From Obrimoposthia wandeli (taxonomy: Eukaryota), in contig CDROCS010000506.1 of the NCBI GenBank assembly GCA_977020255.1, positions 2,790,001 through 2,854,000 on the forward strand: DNA of 64,000 nt, in the 5' to 3' direction. The position numbers were made by a program, and so were the translations under genes. Positions 33,836 to 42,878 of the stretch are shown here, one piece after another. Position 1 is the stretch's first letter. Each line of letters opens with the position of its first letter. Under the pieces are notes generated by a model. That model was given only the letters and a program-made list of their open reading frames with translations. It ran no database searches and was not told the origin of the DNA.

Positions 33836-35221
33836 TTAAAGGCTAATTAGACCTACTGCTTGCAAGAATACAATTGCAATCGCTACTGGAGATAAGTAAC
33901 GTAAGCAGAACATAACCGCTTTATAAGCGACTTCTGATAAACCAAACTCTTCACGAGTGATGTTCTCTTTAACAACCCAACCTACTAATACCGCAGTAAA
34001 TAGACCTGCAAGTGGTAGCATGATGTTAGCTGTTAATTTATCTAATGCATCAAAGAAGTTTAGACCCATAACTACATCTTGAGCCCAAGGTGCGCCACTT
34101 AGTGAGAATACTGTTAGTAGTGACAGTCCCCAAATTGTACAACCTGCAACGATAGTTGCTTTAGCACGGCTTAAGCCAAGACGTTCGTTTAGGTATGCTA
34201 CTGGTGATTCAAGCAGTGCGATCACTGATGTGAATGCAGCGAATGTCACCATGATGAAGAATAGCGTACCAAACAGTGACCCTAGTGGCATTTGACCAAA
34301 CGCGATAGGTAACGATACGAATAGTAGACCAGGCCCTGCAGAAGGTTCCATACCGTTAGCAAATACGATAGGGAAGATAGCCATACCAGCGATAAGCGCT
34401 ACTGCTGTATCCATGATTGCGATATAGATAGACGTTTTCGCGATTGATGTACCTTCTGGCATATATGCGCCGTAAACCATCATGATACCTGACGATAAAC
34501 TAAGCGTGAAGAATGCATGACCTAGTGCTGTTAATACACCATCAAATGACAATTTAGAGAAATCTGGAGCGAACATGAATTCTGCTGCTTCACCAAAGTT
34601 ACCTGTTGCTGCTGCATAAACCATGATGATAGTTAAGAGTATAAACAATAATGGCATTAAGTAAGTTACAGCTTTTTCTAAGCCTGCGTTAACACCACGA
34701 ATCAATACAAGCATTGCAGCAATGATTGTTACTGAAGACCAGATGATTAATTGTGTCGTATCTGTGATTAAACCAGTGAATAATGCACCGATTTCATCTT
34801 TATGAGAAATTTCAGAACCAACGGTTGCAAGGAAGTCTCCGCTGATACCAAAGAAGATGTAAGCAGCTGCCCAACCTGCAATAACTATATAGAAACTTAA
34901 GATGAGTGAACCAGCGATAACGCCTGAAGCACCGAGTAGAGACCAAATACTTGAACCGCCTGATTCCTTGGCAATGGTTGCAGAAGCATTTGCAGGAGAA
35001 GTACGAGCGCGTTTACCGATCATTACTTCTGCCATCATGACAGGGATACCAATCAGTAGAATACAAAATAGGTAAACTAGTACGAATGCACCACCACCAT
35101 TTTCGCCCATAATATAAGGGAACTTCCAAAGGTTACCTAAACCTACAGCTGCGCCAGCAGCTGCAAGTACGTACTTAAATTCGCTAGACCAGCGGCTGTC
35201 AATTGTTGTGCTTGTTGTCAT
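33836..35221 (-). CDS. Neurotransmitter:sodium symporter (NSS/SNF) family amino acid transporter
   Basis: GAAVGLGNLWKFPY, GGGAFVLVY, AFFTLSLSSG; start at MTTSTT (35221). Confidence 0.92.
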   Translation of the reverse strand: MTTSTTIDSRWSSEFKYVLAAAGAAVGLGNLWKFPYIMGENGGGAFVLVYLFCILLIGIPVMMAEVMIGKRARTSPANASATIAKESGGSSIWSLLGASGVIAGSLILSFYIVIAGWAAAYIFFGISGDFLATVGSEISHKDEIGALFTGLITDTTQLIIWSSVTIIAAMLVLIRGVNAGLEKAVTYLMPLLFILLTIIMVYAAATGNFGEAAEFMFAPDFSKLSFDGVLTALGHAFFTLSLSSGIMMVYGAYMPEGTSIAKTSIYIAIMDTAVALIAGMAIFPIVFANGMEPSAGPGLLFVSLPIAFGQMPLGSLFGTLFFIMVTFAAFTSVIALLESPVAYLNERLGLSRAKATIVAGCTIWGLSLLTVFSLSGAPWAQDVVMGLNFFDALDKLTANIMLPLAGLFTAVLVGWVVKENITREEFGLSEVAYKAVMFCLRYLSPVAIAIVFLQAVGLISL

Positions 35222-35555
35222 TTTCCCATCCTGGGTTATGTACATAATAGTTATGTACATACTAATAACATATTAAAAACACCGATATAAGCTCTTTATG
35301 CAGAAGATAACTCTAAAATGGTGGTTATTTATTTAGTAAATCCTTACTGGTCGCTAATTGTTGGTTAAACATTTCAGTTGGGGTCTTCGCTGTAGAGTTA
35401 AATGCTTATATTCTGAGTATGCGGTGTATATTGCTGTTTTTTACAAAAGTTGCATGGTAGGGCTGTTAGTTGTCTGTTTTTTATTCTAAAGGAGAACGGT
35501 GATAATATTGCCGGTTTTAATTTCAAGGCATGAACTGAATGAGGAGATAGAATAT

Positions 35556-35589
35556 AAAAAACCGAGTTAGCGTCCTAACTCGGTTTTTT
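35556..35589. terminator. Terminator downstream of the SRPBCC gene
   Basis: AAAAAACCGAGTTAG-CGTC-CTAACTCGGTTTTTT. Confidence 0.85.
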
Positions 35590-35633
35590 GATTATTTAAA
35601 CAATGTCATTAAAGCAATGTCATGAAAATGATA

Positions 35634-36116
35634 TTATGCTGTGGCAGCTACTTTAGACAATGCTTTAGATAGATTTTTGATGTAAGTATTAGTCAGTGTT
35701 TCGAACTCAACTTTAACAACAGGTTTCAAGCCAATACCAGCAAGGCTAGGTAATGGAATTGTAATGACAGCATCTGTTAATAAGTTAACATCGCAGCCCG
35801 TCGCCGTTTCAGTTAAAATCCATTTACCTGATACTTTTGCACTATTATTTGCTGTGTCACGTGGTTCCCAAACAATAGATTTATTTACAGAATCACAGAT
35901 GTATTCACATGCATAAATTGTTTGAAGCTGAATTGGACCTAGACCAATTTTTTTCATTTCCCAGCGGAAAGTATTCGCAGCTTCTTCGACCAAGTTATCT
36001 AGATCGGGGAAGTGACTTGTAGACGCCGGTACATCAGCTAAAAGGTTATAAACTGTATTGATATCAGCAGCTACAGTAAATTTTTTATTGAGTTGTATTT
36101 TTACATCGAAAGCCAT
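35634..36116 (-). CDS. SRPBCC/CoxG (START-fold) ligand-binding protein
   Basis: VYNLLADVP..SHFPDL and FRWEMK pattern typical of CoxG-like proteins; 160 aa. Confidence 0.75.
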   Translation of the reverse strand: MAFDVKIQLNKKFTVAADINTVYNLLADVPASTSHFPDLDNLVEEAANTFRWEMKKIGLGPIQLQTIYACEYICDSVNKSIVWEPRDTANNSAKVSGKWILTETATGCDVNLLTDAVITIPLPSLAGIGLKPVVKVEFETLTNTYIKNLSKALSKVAATA

Positions 36117-36350
36117 TTCAAATTTCCCTTTTATTCATAATAGTGTTTTATATTCTAGAATAACTATCCTAGAAGTAGTATTTTATGCCGCTACATTGCC
36201 CCAGATAAAGATTGTTGTCAACAATTAGACGTTGGAAATGAGGCGGTAATATTGCCTTTTTTTCTTAAAATACAATAAGCTGAAAACGGGTTTGAAGATT
36301 ATGCCGATAATTCTGCTATTATTTTAGATGACCCTTACCTGTCATCATGA

Positions 36351-36797
36351 TTAGGCTTGTTTCATATAGCACAATGATTCAAATTCATGCTGCTCGTCAA
36401 GTAAATCAGCAAGACTGTATTGATCGAGCGTTTTAAGAAAAGCTTCGATACTCGTCTGTAATAGATTTTTTAACTGATAAGTCGGCACTAGATCGTTGTC
36501 TGAAGTATTATCATCAAACCCTCTTAAATTATTTTCTAATGCGCGAACCAGTTGGCCTACGTTAATTTCTGATGCTGATTTTGCTAACCATATCCCGCCA
36601 TTTTTTCCACGAGATGATTTTATGTAATCTAATGATGAGAGATGAGCGATCACTTTTGCAATATGGTTTCGTGATGCTTGGTAGACATCGGCTACTTCTG
36701 CAGAACTTGAACGTTGCCCTTTTGGTAGCGTGGATAAGTACATTAATGTGCGTATACCAAAATCTGTATAAGTCGTTATCTTCACTTTTATCACCAT
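36351..36797 (-). CDS. Rrf2-family (NsrR-like) transcriptional regulator lacking Fe-S cysteines
   Basis: TDFGIRTLMYL, SRNHIAKV, RGKNGGI.LA, FLKTLDQYSLADL; possible GTG start at 36785. Confidence 0.88.
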   Translation of the reverse strand: MVIKVKITTYTDFGIRTLMYLSTLPKGQRSSSAEVADVYQASRNHIAKVIAHLSSLDYIKSSRGKNGGIWLAKSASEINVGQLVRALENNLRGFDDNTSDNDLVPTYQLKNLLQTSIEAFLKTLDQYSLADLLDEQHEFESLCYMKQA

Positions 36798-36850
36798 AAC
36801 CAGAGTTATTGAAAATTAATTATGTCTAAAGATCACCTCAATTGCTGAAT

Positions 36851-37354
36851 TCAGGAGATCAACTCTTTATCAAATTGATTATTTGGCACTTCTTTGCCGT
36901 GTTTTTGTAAAAACAGTTTAAAACCTTCGAGTAATTCTCTTGGATGACTGAACTGGCAATAGGTAACAGGGTAATCTTGATCTAACTCTTTTAGCAGTGG
37001 GCTTTTGATTGGCGCACCACGCCAGACAGCAAAAAATACCGGTTTAGGATGGATGGAGCTTAAATTGTATGAAAGTTCATACGCATCACTATCATTCGAT
37101 GATGTATGGATATAAAGCAGCGCATCAACAACCGATAATAAACGTAAACGATAATGACGATAATTAGCAGGCGTAAAGATGATCCCAGTTTGTCGCTGAA
37201 AAGCTTGCTGGTAATCATCTTGTTCTTCACCGAGATTAAAAGGAAGGAATTCAAGGTCATCAATATTGTATTGTAAGAAGGTGATAACGTTGTCTAAAAT
37301 TTTCAAGTGGTCTTTATTAATATCCCCCACGTTTTGTTTTACTAATAGTTTCAT
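36851..37354 (-). CDS. Hypothetical protein, possible nucleoside 2-deoxyribosyltransferase-like fold
   Basis: DALLYI..S..S.AYELSY..KPVFF pattern; 167 aa; fold call is an inference. Confidence 0.6.
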   Translation of the reverse strand: MKLLVKQNVGDINKDHLKILDNVITFLQYNIDDLEFLPFNLGEEQDDYQQAFQRQTGIIFTPANYRHYRLRLLSVVDALLYIHTSSNDSDAYELSYNLSSIHPKPVFFAVWRGAPIKSPLLKELDQDYPVTYCQFSHPRELLEGFKLFLQKHGKEVPNNQFDKELIS

Positions 37355-37517
37355 TTTAATTCCCTTTCTTTACGATCGTTAAAATCGGTTGCCAGGAATA
37401 CAGTTATACGCGTAACTATTAGAAATATTAACCAAGAGAACAAGTTATTTTAGCTTAGATTTAAATTTGGTTAAAAAGTATTAAAAACAAAAACCTAAGC
37501 TCAGCTTGATGGACTAT

Positions 37518-39017
37518 TTATTCTATCGGATAAAGCTTATCAAGTGCGATAGAAAGACCATTTTCAGTGACTATACGCACATGATCGCGACGTAGTTTAC
37601 GTGGTTCATTGACACCACAAGAATGCGCAATTAATCCCACACCATAATGAATGTATTTATTATAGTTGGCAATTCGCTGTGCTTTATCTTGTACATTTAG
37701 TCCTTCTTGTAACTTGGGGTTATGCGTAGTAATACCGGTAGGGCAGGTATTCTTATTACATTGCAAAGCTTGTATACAACCGAGTGCAAACATATTACCG
37801 CGCGCTGATACGATAAAATCAGCACCGACTGCTAACGCCCAAGCTACTTTGGACGGGGTTATTAATTTTCCTGATGCGATGACTTTAACTTGTTTACGTA
37901 AGTTGTATTTATCTAGCATATTGACCAATAAAGGTAAGCTTTCTTTTAACGGTAAACCGACATAATCCATCAAGGGTTGTGGTGCTGCGCCTGTACCGCC
38001 ATCTGCACTGTCTAATGTCATAAAGTCAGGTGCTGAATCTGCACCGCGTTTATTTATTTCTGTTAATAAATCATCTATCCACTGGCTGTGACCAAGCACA
38101 AACTTAAAGCCGACCGGTTTGCCTGTTACTTGGCGAATGCGTGCGACCATATCGAGAATGTCACTGACATTTTTAATTTCAGGGTGAGCATTTGGGCTGA
38201 TAGAGTCTTCACCGATGGGAATACCACGGATCTTGGCTATTTCAGCCGTGACTTTTTTACCGGGTAAGATCCCGCCTTTACCTGGTTTAGCACCTTGGCT
38301 GAGTTTTATTTCGAACATTTTTACTTGTTCTATTTCAGCAATCGATTTGAGTTTTTCATCACTTAATTGGCCATTGTCATCACGGACGCCATATTTGGCG
38401 GTGCCAATTTGATAAACTAGATCGGCACCGCCAGCAAGGTGATGAGCGGATAAACCACCTTCACCGGTATTTAGCCAGCAGCCTGCCTCTTTAGCGCCAT
38501 GGGATAAAGCTAATACTGCGGGTTTTGAAATAGCGCCGTAACTCATCCCTGAAATATTAAACACCGAGCTGGTCGAGTAGGGCTTTGCGCAATTGGCACC
38601 CACGGTAATTTTTTGTGGCGGAATAGCATCTTCTGCTAACGTTGGAAAGGCGCAGTTCATAAACATAATGGTGCCGACTTGATCGAGATTACGAGTGGAA
38701 CCAAACGCGACGGTTCTATCGACATTTTTTGCTGCGCGGTAAACCCAAGATCGTTCAGCTCGGTTAAAGGGCATTTCTTCACGGTCTTGTGCAAAGAAAT
38801 ATTGGCGAAAGAATTCACCCTGTTTTTCAAATAAATATCGAAATCGGCCGATGACGGGATAGTTGTGACGTATTGCTTGTTTGGTTTGTGTTTTATCTAC
38901 TATATACATGTAGATAACACTGATTATCCCAACACCGAGTACTAAGATGAACAGGCCTGTCATAATATCGAGGCCATACAGTAGCATATCAATTTGTGAT
39001 TTAAATTCTGGTTGCAT
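37518..39017 (-). CDS. FMN-binding glutamate synthase family protein (stand-alone GltB2/YerD-like)
   Basis: SGMSYGA, NTGEGG, EIKLSQGAKPGKGGILP, DGGTGAAP, 3Fe-4S motif CIQALQCNKNTCP. Confidence 0.92.
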   Translation of the reverse strand: MQPEFKSQIDMLLYGLDIMTGLFILVLGVGIISVIYMYIVDKTQTKQAIRHNYPVIGRFRYLFEKQGEFFRQYFFAQDREEMPFNRAERSWVYRAAKNVDRTVAFGSTRNLDQVGTIMFMNCAFPTLAEDAIPPQKITVGANCAKPYSTSSVFNISGMSYGAISKPAVLALSHGAKEAGCWLNTGEGGLSAHHLAGGADLVYQIGTAKYGVRDDNGQLSDEKLKSIAEIEQVKMFEIKLSQGAKPGKGGILPGKKVTAEIAKIRGIPIGEDSISPNAHPEIKNVSDILDMVARIRQVTGKPVGFKFVLGHSQWIDDLLTEINKRGADSAPDFMTLDSADGGTGAAPQPLMDYVGLPLKESLPLLVNMLDKYNLRKQVKVIASGKLITPSKVAWALAVGADFIVSARGNMFALGCIQALQCNKNTCPTGITTHNPKLQEGLNVQDKAQRIANYNKYIHYGVGLIAHSCGVNEPRKLRRDHVRIVTENGLSIALDKLYPIE

Positions 39018-39127
39018 AGGTTAGCCCTTTATTGAATTGTACCCTTAAGTTAAGAATACAATAAAGGTAGCTGCACGACTAATAATAACCAATAACAAAT
39101 TTATAACATTTTTGTGGCAGTAAGTGC

Positions 39128-39658
39128 TTATGCTGGGACAAGCTCTTTCGCTATTTTTTGTAATAGGTAAGTTTCGCGTTCAATAGATAGGCCCGCTTTT
39201 GGATAACTTTTTATTACTTCAAGATTATGAGCAATCGCTTCATGGATATTGATCCACATAGCACTTACACCATTCTTAATTTCATTTTCTTCTAATCTTG
39301 GCGATCCGAGTTGTTTGTTGGCATCGCAAGTAAAGCAGTAAGAAAGCATTTGAATACTATCAAAGCCACCTTTATACCAAGGGCGCATTTCTTCATAACA
39401 ACCGTAAGGGACAACGTTATGAATGTTTTCAGCGCCAGTTTCTTCTTCTACTTCACGAATTAACGCGGTAACAATGTCTTCACCTTCATGCATACCGCCA
39501 CCGGGTAAGCTGTAATCATGATAGCGAGCTGTGAAGATAAGTAAGATCTCTTCGCCTTGGGTAATTATGCCACGTGCAGCAATCCGTTGATCAGTGCTTT
39601 TAGGGGATATTACGTCTGGATGAATAGTAGAACGAAGGACGGACATTTGATTGATCAT
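39128..39658 (-). CDS. NUDIX hydrolase
   Basis: Nudix box GGMHEGEDIVTALIREVEEETG; start at ATG 39658 or 39646. Confidence 0.9.
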   Translation of the reverse strand: MINQMSVLRSTIHPDVISPKSTDQRIAARGIITQGEEILLIFTARYHDYSLPGGGMHEGEDIVTALIREVEEETGAENIHNVVPYGCYEEMRPWYKGGFDSIQMLSYCFTCDANKQLGSPRLEENEIKNGVSAMWINIHEAIAHNLEVIKSYPKAGLSIERETYLLQKIAKELVPA

Positions 39659-39989
39659 TGTAAAGTAGCTCTTGTCATTAATAGTCGAATGAGATTTTGA
39701 ACAGAGCGCTATAGTAACACATTCATACATGACCACTGAAATATGTAAAATGATGTTCATCGATACGGTAATTAGTTAGATTTTTCTAAATGCTAAATAC
39801 CGTGTAGAGTAATTGCTCTACCCGTTTGTACGCTAAAATGTCGCTAAAATACGTTAATTTCGACTAAAACAACCTCTTTTGGGGTAAATATATCGTTTGG
39901 GAAATATTGTTTCTAAACGACATATTACAACCTGTCACAATACATTAACATCCTCGCCATACCCAAATAATAACAACAGGATTTATGTA

Positions 39990-41330
39990 ATGAAAAGCAA
40001 TTTGAAAGTGACTTCATACCTTAGTTCAGCAATCGCGCTGGCATTGGCAACTGCATCTAGCTCTGTACTTGCTGCTGGTTTCCAAGTTGGCGAACATTCA
40101 GCAACAGGTTTAGGCCGTGCTAACGCAGGTGAAGGCGCAATCGCTGATACTGCTTTAGTATTGACGAAGAACCCGGCTGCGATGATGATGTTTGATAAAA
40201 TCACGGTATCAAGCCAACTTGCTTTCATTGCCCCTGATGTTAATACAGATTATAGCTATGATTATGAGACTGACGTTAATGTGGATCCTAAGTGTAAAGG
40301 ACTGCGTTGTGAAAAGGCCGTTGCTTCTGTAAATGGAACTGAGTCTGATTATGCGCCAGACCAATTCGTACCAAGCTTCGCGGCAATTATGCCTGTCAAT
40401 GATAAAGTAGCGGTTGGTTTTGCTATGTTCTCTAACTACGGTACAGGTACAGAATTAAGTGATGATTTCGATCTTGGTGATATTGGTGGAACCACGAGTA
40501 TTATCACTGTTAATAGCAGCTTTAACATTGCATACAGAGTAAATGATTTATTAAGCATTGGTGCTGGTTATGATTTAGTTGTTGGTCAGGCTGAAATGAA
40601 AAGAGCATTTGATGTTGATCCTGTTACAAATGCTTTTGATATGAAAGGTAATAGTATTGGGCACGGCTGGAATATTGGTACATTATTTGAAATTAATGAA
40701 AATAATCGTTTAGCATTAACTTATCGTTCTGCAGTTGATATGAGTTTTGAAGGTGAGTTTAATGGAGAGGGCGCATTTAGCCCTACAGAAGGAATAGACG
40801 CTACTACAGCTGAAGGTACAGTAGATATTACGCTACCTGCTATCGCTGAGTTAGCTGCTTACCATAAATTAACAGATACTTTTGCCGTGCATTATAGCGC
40901 GATGTGGACTCAATGGAGTGCGCTAGAGGAGTTAAAGGCTGTAAGCACTGATTGTCAGGGAACTGGAAATATAATTAACCCGTTTGAAAATGGTGTTTGC
41001 TTCCAAAAGGATCTACATTACTCAGATAGCATGCGTTATGCTGTCGGCGCAACTGCATATGTATCTGAATCAGTAACATTACGCATGGGTTATGCATATG
41101 ATGAGCAAGCTGGTGAAGCTGTTGTAGTTATGCCTGATGCTGTTCGCCACCAATTTTCTGCAGGTATGAGCTATGCATTAAGCGAGAGTATGAGCTTTGA
41201 TCTCGGCGCGGCTTATATCATGGGTGAAGAAGGTACTTACACTGAAGATAGTGAGCTAGGTGATAACGAAGAATTTACTTCAAATGGATCTGCTTGGTTA
41301 GTATCAGCACAAGCAAATATGACATTCTAA
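39990..41330 (+). CDS. fadL: FadL/OmpP1/TodX outer-membrane long-chain fatty acid transporter
   Basis: Signal peptide then AGFQVGEHSATGLGRANAG, NPAAM, SNYG, C-terminal Phe; ATG 39990. Confidence 0.9.
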   Translation: MKSNLKVTSYLSSAIALALATASSSVLAAGFQVGEHSATGLGRANAGEGAIADTALVLTKNPAAMMMFDKITVSSQLAFIAPDVNTDYSYDYETDVNVDPKCKGLRCEKAVASVNGTESDYAPDQFVPSFAAIMPVNDKVAVGFAMFSNYGTGTELSDDFDLGDIGGTTSIITVNSSFNIAYRVNDLLSIGAGYDLVVGQAEMKRAFDVDPVTNAFDMKGNSIGHGWNIGTLFEINENNRLALTYRSAVDMSFEGEFNGEGAFSPTEGIDATTAEGTVDITLPAIAELAAYHKLTDTFAVHYSAMWTQWSALEELKAVSTDCQGTGNIINPFENGVCFQKDLHYSDSMRYAVGATAYVSESVTLRMGYAYDEQAGEAVVVMPDAVRHQFSAGMSYALSESMSFDLGAAYIMGEEGTYTEDSELGDNEEFTSNGSAWLVSAQANMTF

Positions 41331-41355
41331 TCTGAGTTAATATTCAGATAGATAC

Positions 41356-41391
41356 AAAAAGGCCCAGCTAATTTATTAGCTGGGCCTTTTT
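41356..41391. terminator. Bidirectional terminator after fadL
   Basis: AAAAAGGCCCAGCTAAT-TT-ATTAGCTGGGCCTTTTT. Confidence 0.9.
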
Positions 41392-41475
41392 CGTTATCAC
41401 AACTGTTATCACAAGTACTGTTACAACGATTATCGTGATAACCGTAATCAAGTTTATTTCAAAATGCGTATTGGA

Positions 41476-42234
41476 TTAGCCTTTCTGCGCTTTACTAAAA
41501 CGTACAAGATCGGCATTGTTATTCAACAAATCTTTAAAGAACGGGTTTTGATACAGATCTTTTAAGCTGCCTTTATAAAACTTAACTCGTGATTCTGTCG
41601 GATAAGGTTCAAAATGTAAGTCTTGAAAAAATGACGCTATTGCTGGTGTGCGAGTAGGTAATACCACTGATGAGAACTTACCATCTAAATCTAATACCAT
41701 TCTTACCGCTACACTGTTATCAATGAAACAGAAAGAAACGATCATACCGGCGTTACTTGCAATGTAATGGCCGACAATAGCATTCTCATTCATCAATAAA
41801 CTAGCTGTGTAATGTGCTTGTGGGAAAGCTGCCATTGTTTCTGCTAACACTTCATTATAGAAGTGCTCGTGGCCTTTATTCACCACGTCAGCTTGTTTCT
41901 CGCTTAAGCTAGTGAAGTCTACAGCAACAATATCTGTGATACTCACTGGATACACAGCAGGTCTGCCGCCGACTTCGGTGGCTTTGGTTTTACTCACGAA
42001 TTTTTTTTCTTGCTCGCTCATCTCATAACCTTCCGCAAAAAAGCGAGCTATAGCGATACGGCGTAAAAAAGAGGGTTCACGTTTGCCATTTTCCCAGAGG
42101 GATAATGTGGTCTGTGATAGACCGGTAAACTCTTTATGTGCATTAGCTAACTGTGATACGAAGTCAAACTGAGACAGTTTATGATCTTTACGAGTCTGAC
42201 GTAGCTTAGTGCCAAAACCTTCTTTTTTAAACAT
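41476..42234 (-). CDS. XRE-family HTH regulator with an uncharacterised C-terminal domain
   Basis: FGTKLRQTRK..LSQ..LSQTTLSLWENGKREPS; about 180 further residues not recognised. Confidence 0.8.
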   Translation of the reverse strand: MFKKEGFGTKLRQTRKDHKLSQFDFVSQLANAHKEFTGLSQTTLSLWENGKREPSFLRRIAIARFFAEGYEMSEQEKKFVSKTKATEVGGRPAVYPVSITDIVAVDFTSLSEKQADVVNKGHEHFYNEVLAETMAAFPQAHYTASLLMNENAIVGHYIASNAGMIVSFCFIDNSVAVRMVLDLDGKFSSVVLPTRTPAIASFFQDLHFEPYPTESRVKFYKGSLKDLYQNPFFKDLLNNNADLVRFSKAQKG

Positions 42235-42368
42235 GTATTGTCCTTGGTACTAAAGCGTTAGGTGTTATATTTCTGCTCGATTTTATGTTTAGCTAAAAGA
42301 GATAATACAATCAGAAGTTTAATTGCTTGTAGTGATAACCAAATCATTCACGCACCTAGAGTAATCTT

Positions 42369-42440
42369 TTTATGTAAGAGCTATTTATATAGAACTGTTT
42401 ATATAGAACTTTTTATATAAGAACTGTTTATATAAGAATA
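42369..42440. repeat. Five tandem 14-15-bp repeats, TTTATATA(A)GAACTG
   Basis: tttatgtaagagcta, tttatatagaactg, tttatatagaactt, tttatataagaactg, tttatataagaata. Confidence 0.85.
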
Positions 42441-42604
42441 AAATATTATTGGATATTATATCCCTAGGTGTAAAGTTGTGCAATTTATTTCATATATTGT
42501 TGATTATATAATGTAAGGCAAATTTTGTCATATTCACATAAAACTTGATGTGCCAGTGTGTAATGCTGTACCATTACATCATTACAGTTTAACTGCAAGG
42601 TTTA

Positions 42605-42874
42605 ATGGTTATGATTAATGCATTGCTCCGCAATATTTCTAGCGAAGAGGATATCTCTCTCATCCTGCCTTTGTTGCTTTCACCGGAAGAATTAAACGCT
42701 ATTAATGCTCGTACTTTGGTTTATAAAGAACTATTACTTGCAGAACGCTCACAACGTGAAATAGCTAAAAAACACGGTATTAGCATTGCTACTATCACTC
42801 GTGGTTCTAATAATTTGAAATCCATGAGTGAAAAAGAAAAGAAATTATTACAAACATTATTAATTGGGAAGTAA
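42605..42874 (+). CDS. trpR: TrpR-like Trp repressor
   Basis: LLLSPEELNAINAR (E. coli LMLTPDEREALGTR) and SQREIA...IATITRGSN. Confidence 0.8.
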   Translation: MVMINALLRNISSEEDISLILPLLLSPEELNAINARTLVYKELLLAERSQREIAKKHGISIATITRGSNNLKSMSEKEKKLLQTLLIGK

Positions 42875-42878
42875 GACT

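Noticed and set aside
41393-41414. GTTATCACAA direct repeat after the fadL terminator, considered as DnaA boxes
   Set aside because: Does not match TTATCCACA; only two short AT-rich copies.
42369-42440. CRISPR-like appearance of the tandem repeat
   Set aside because: Units are 14-15 bp with no spacers and there are no cas genes.
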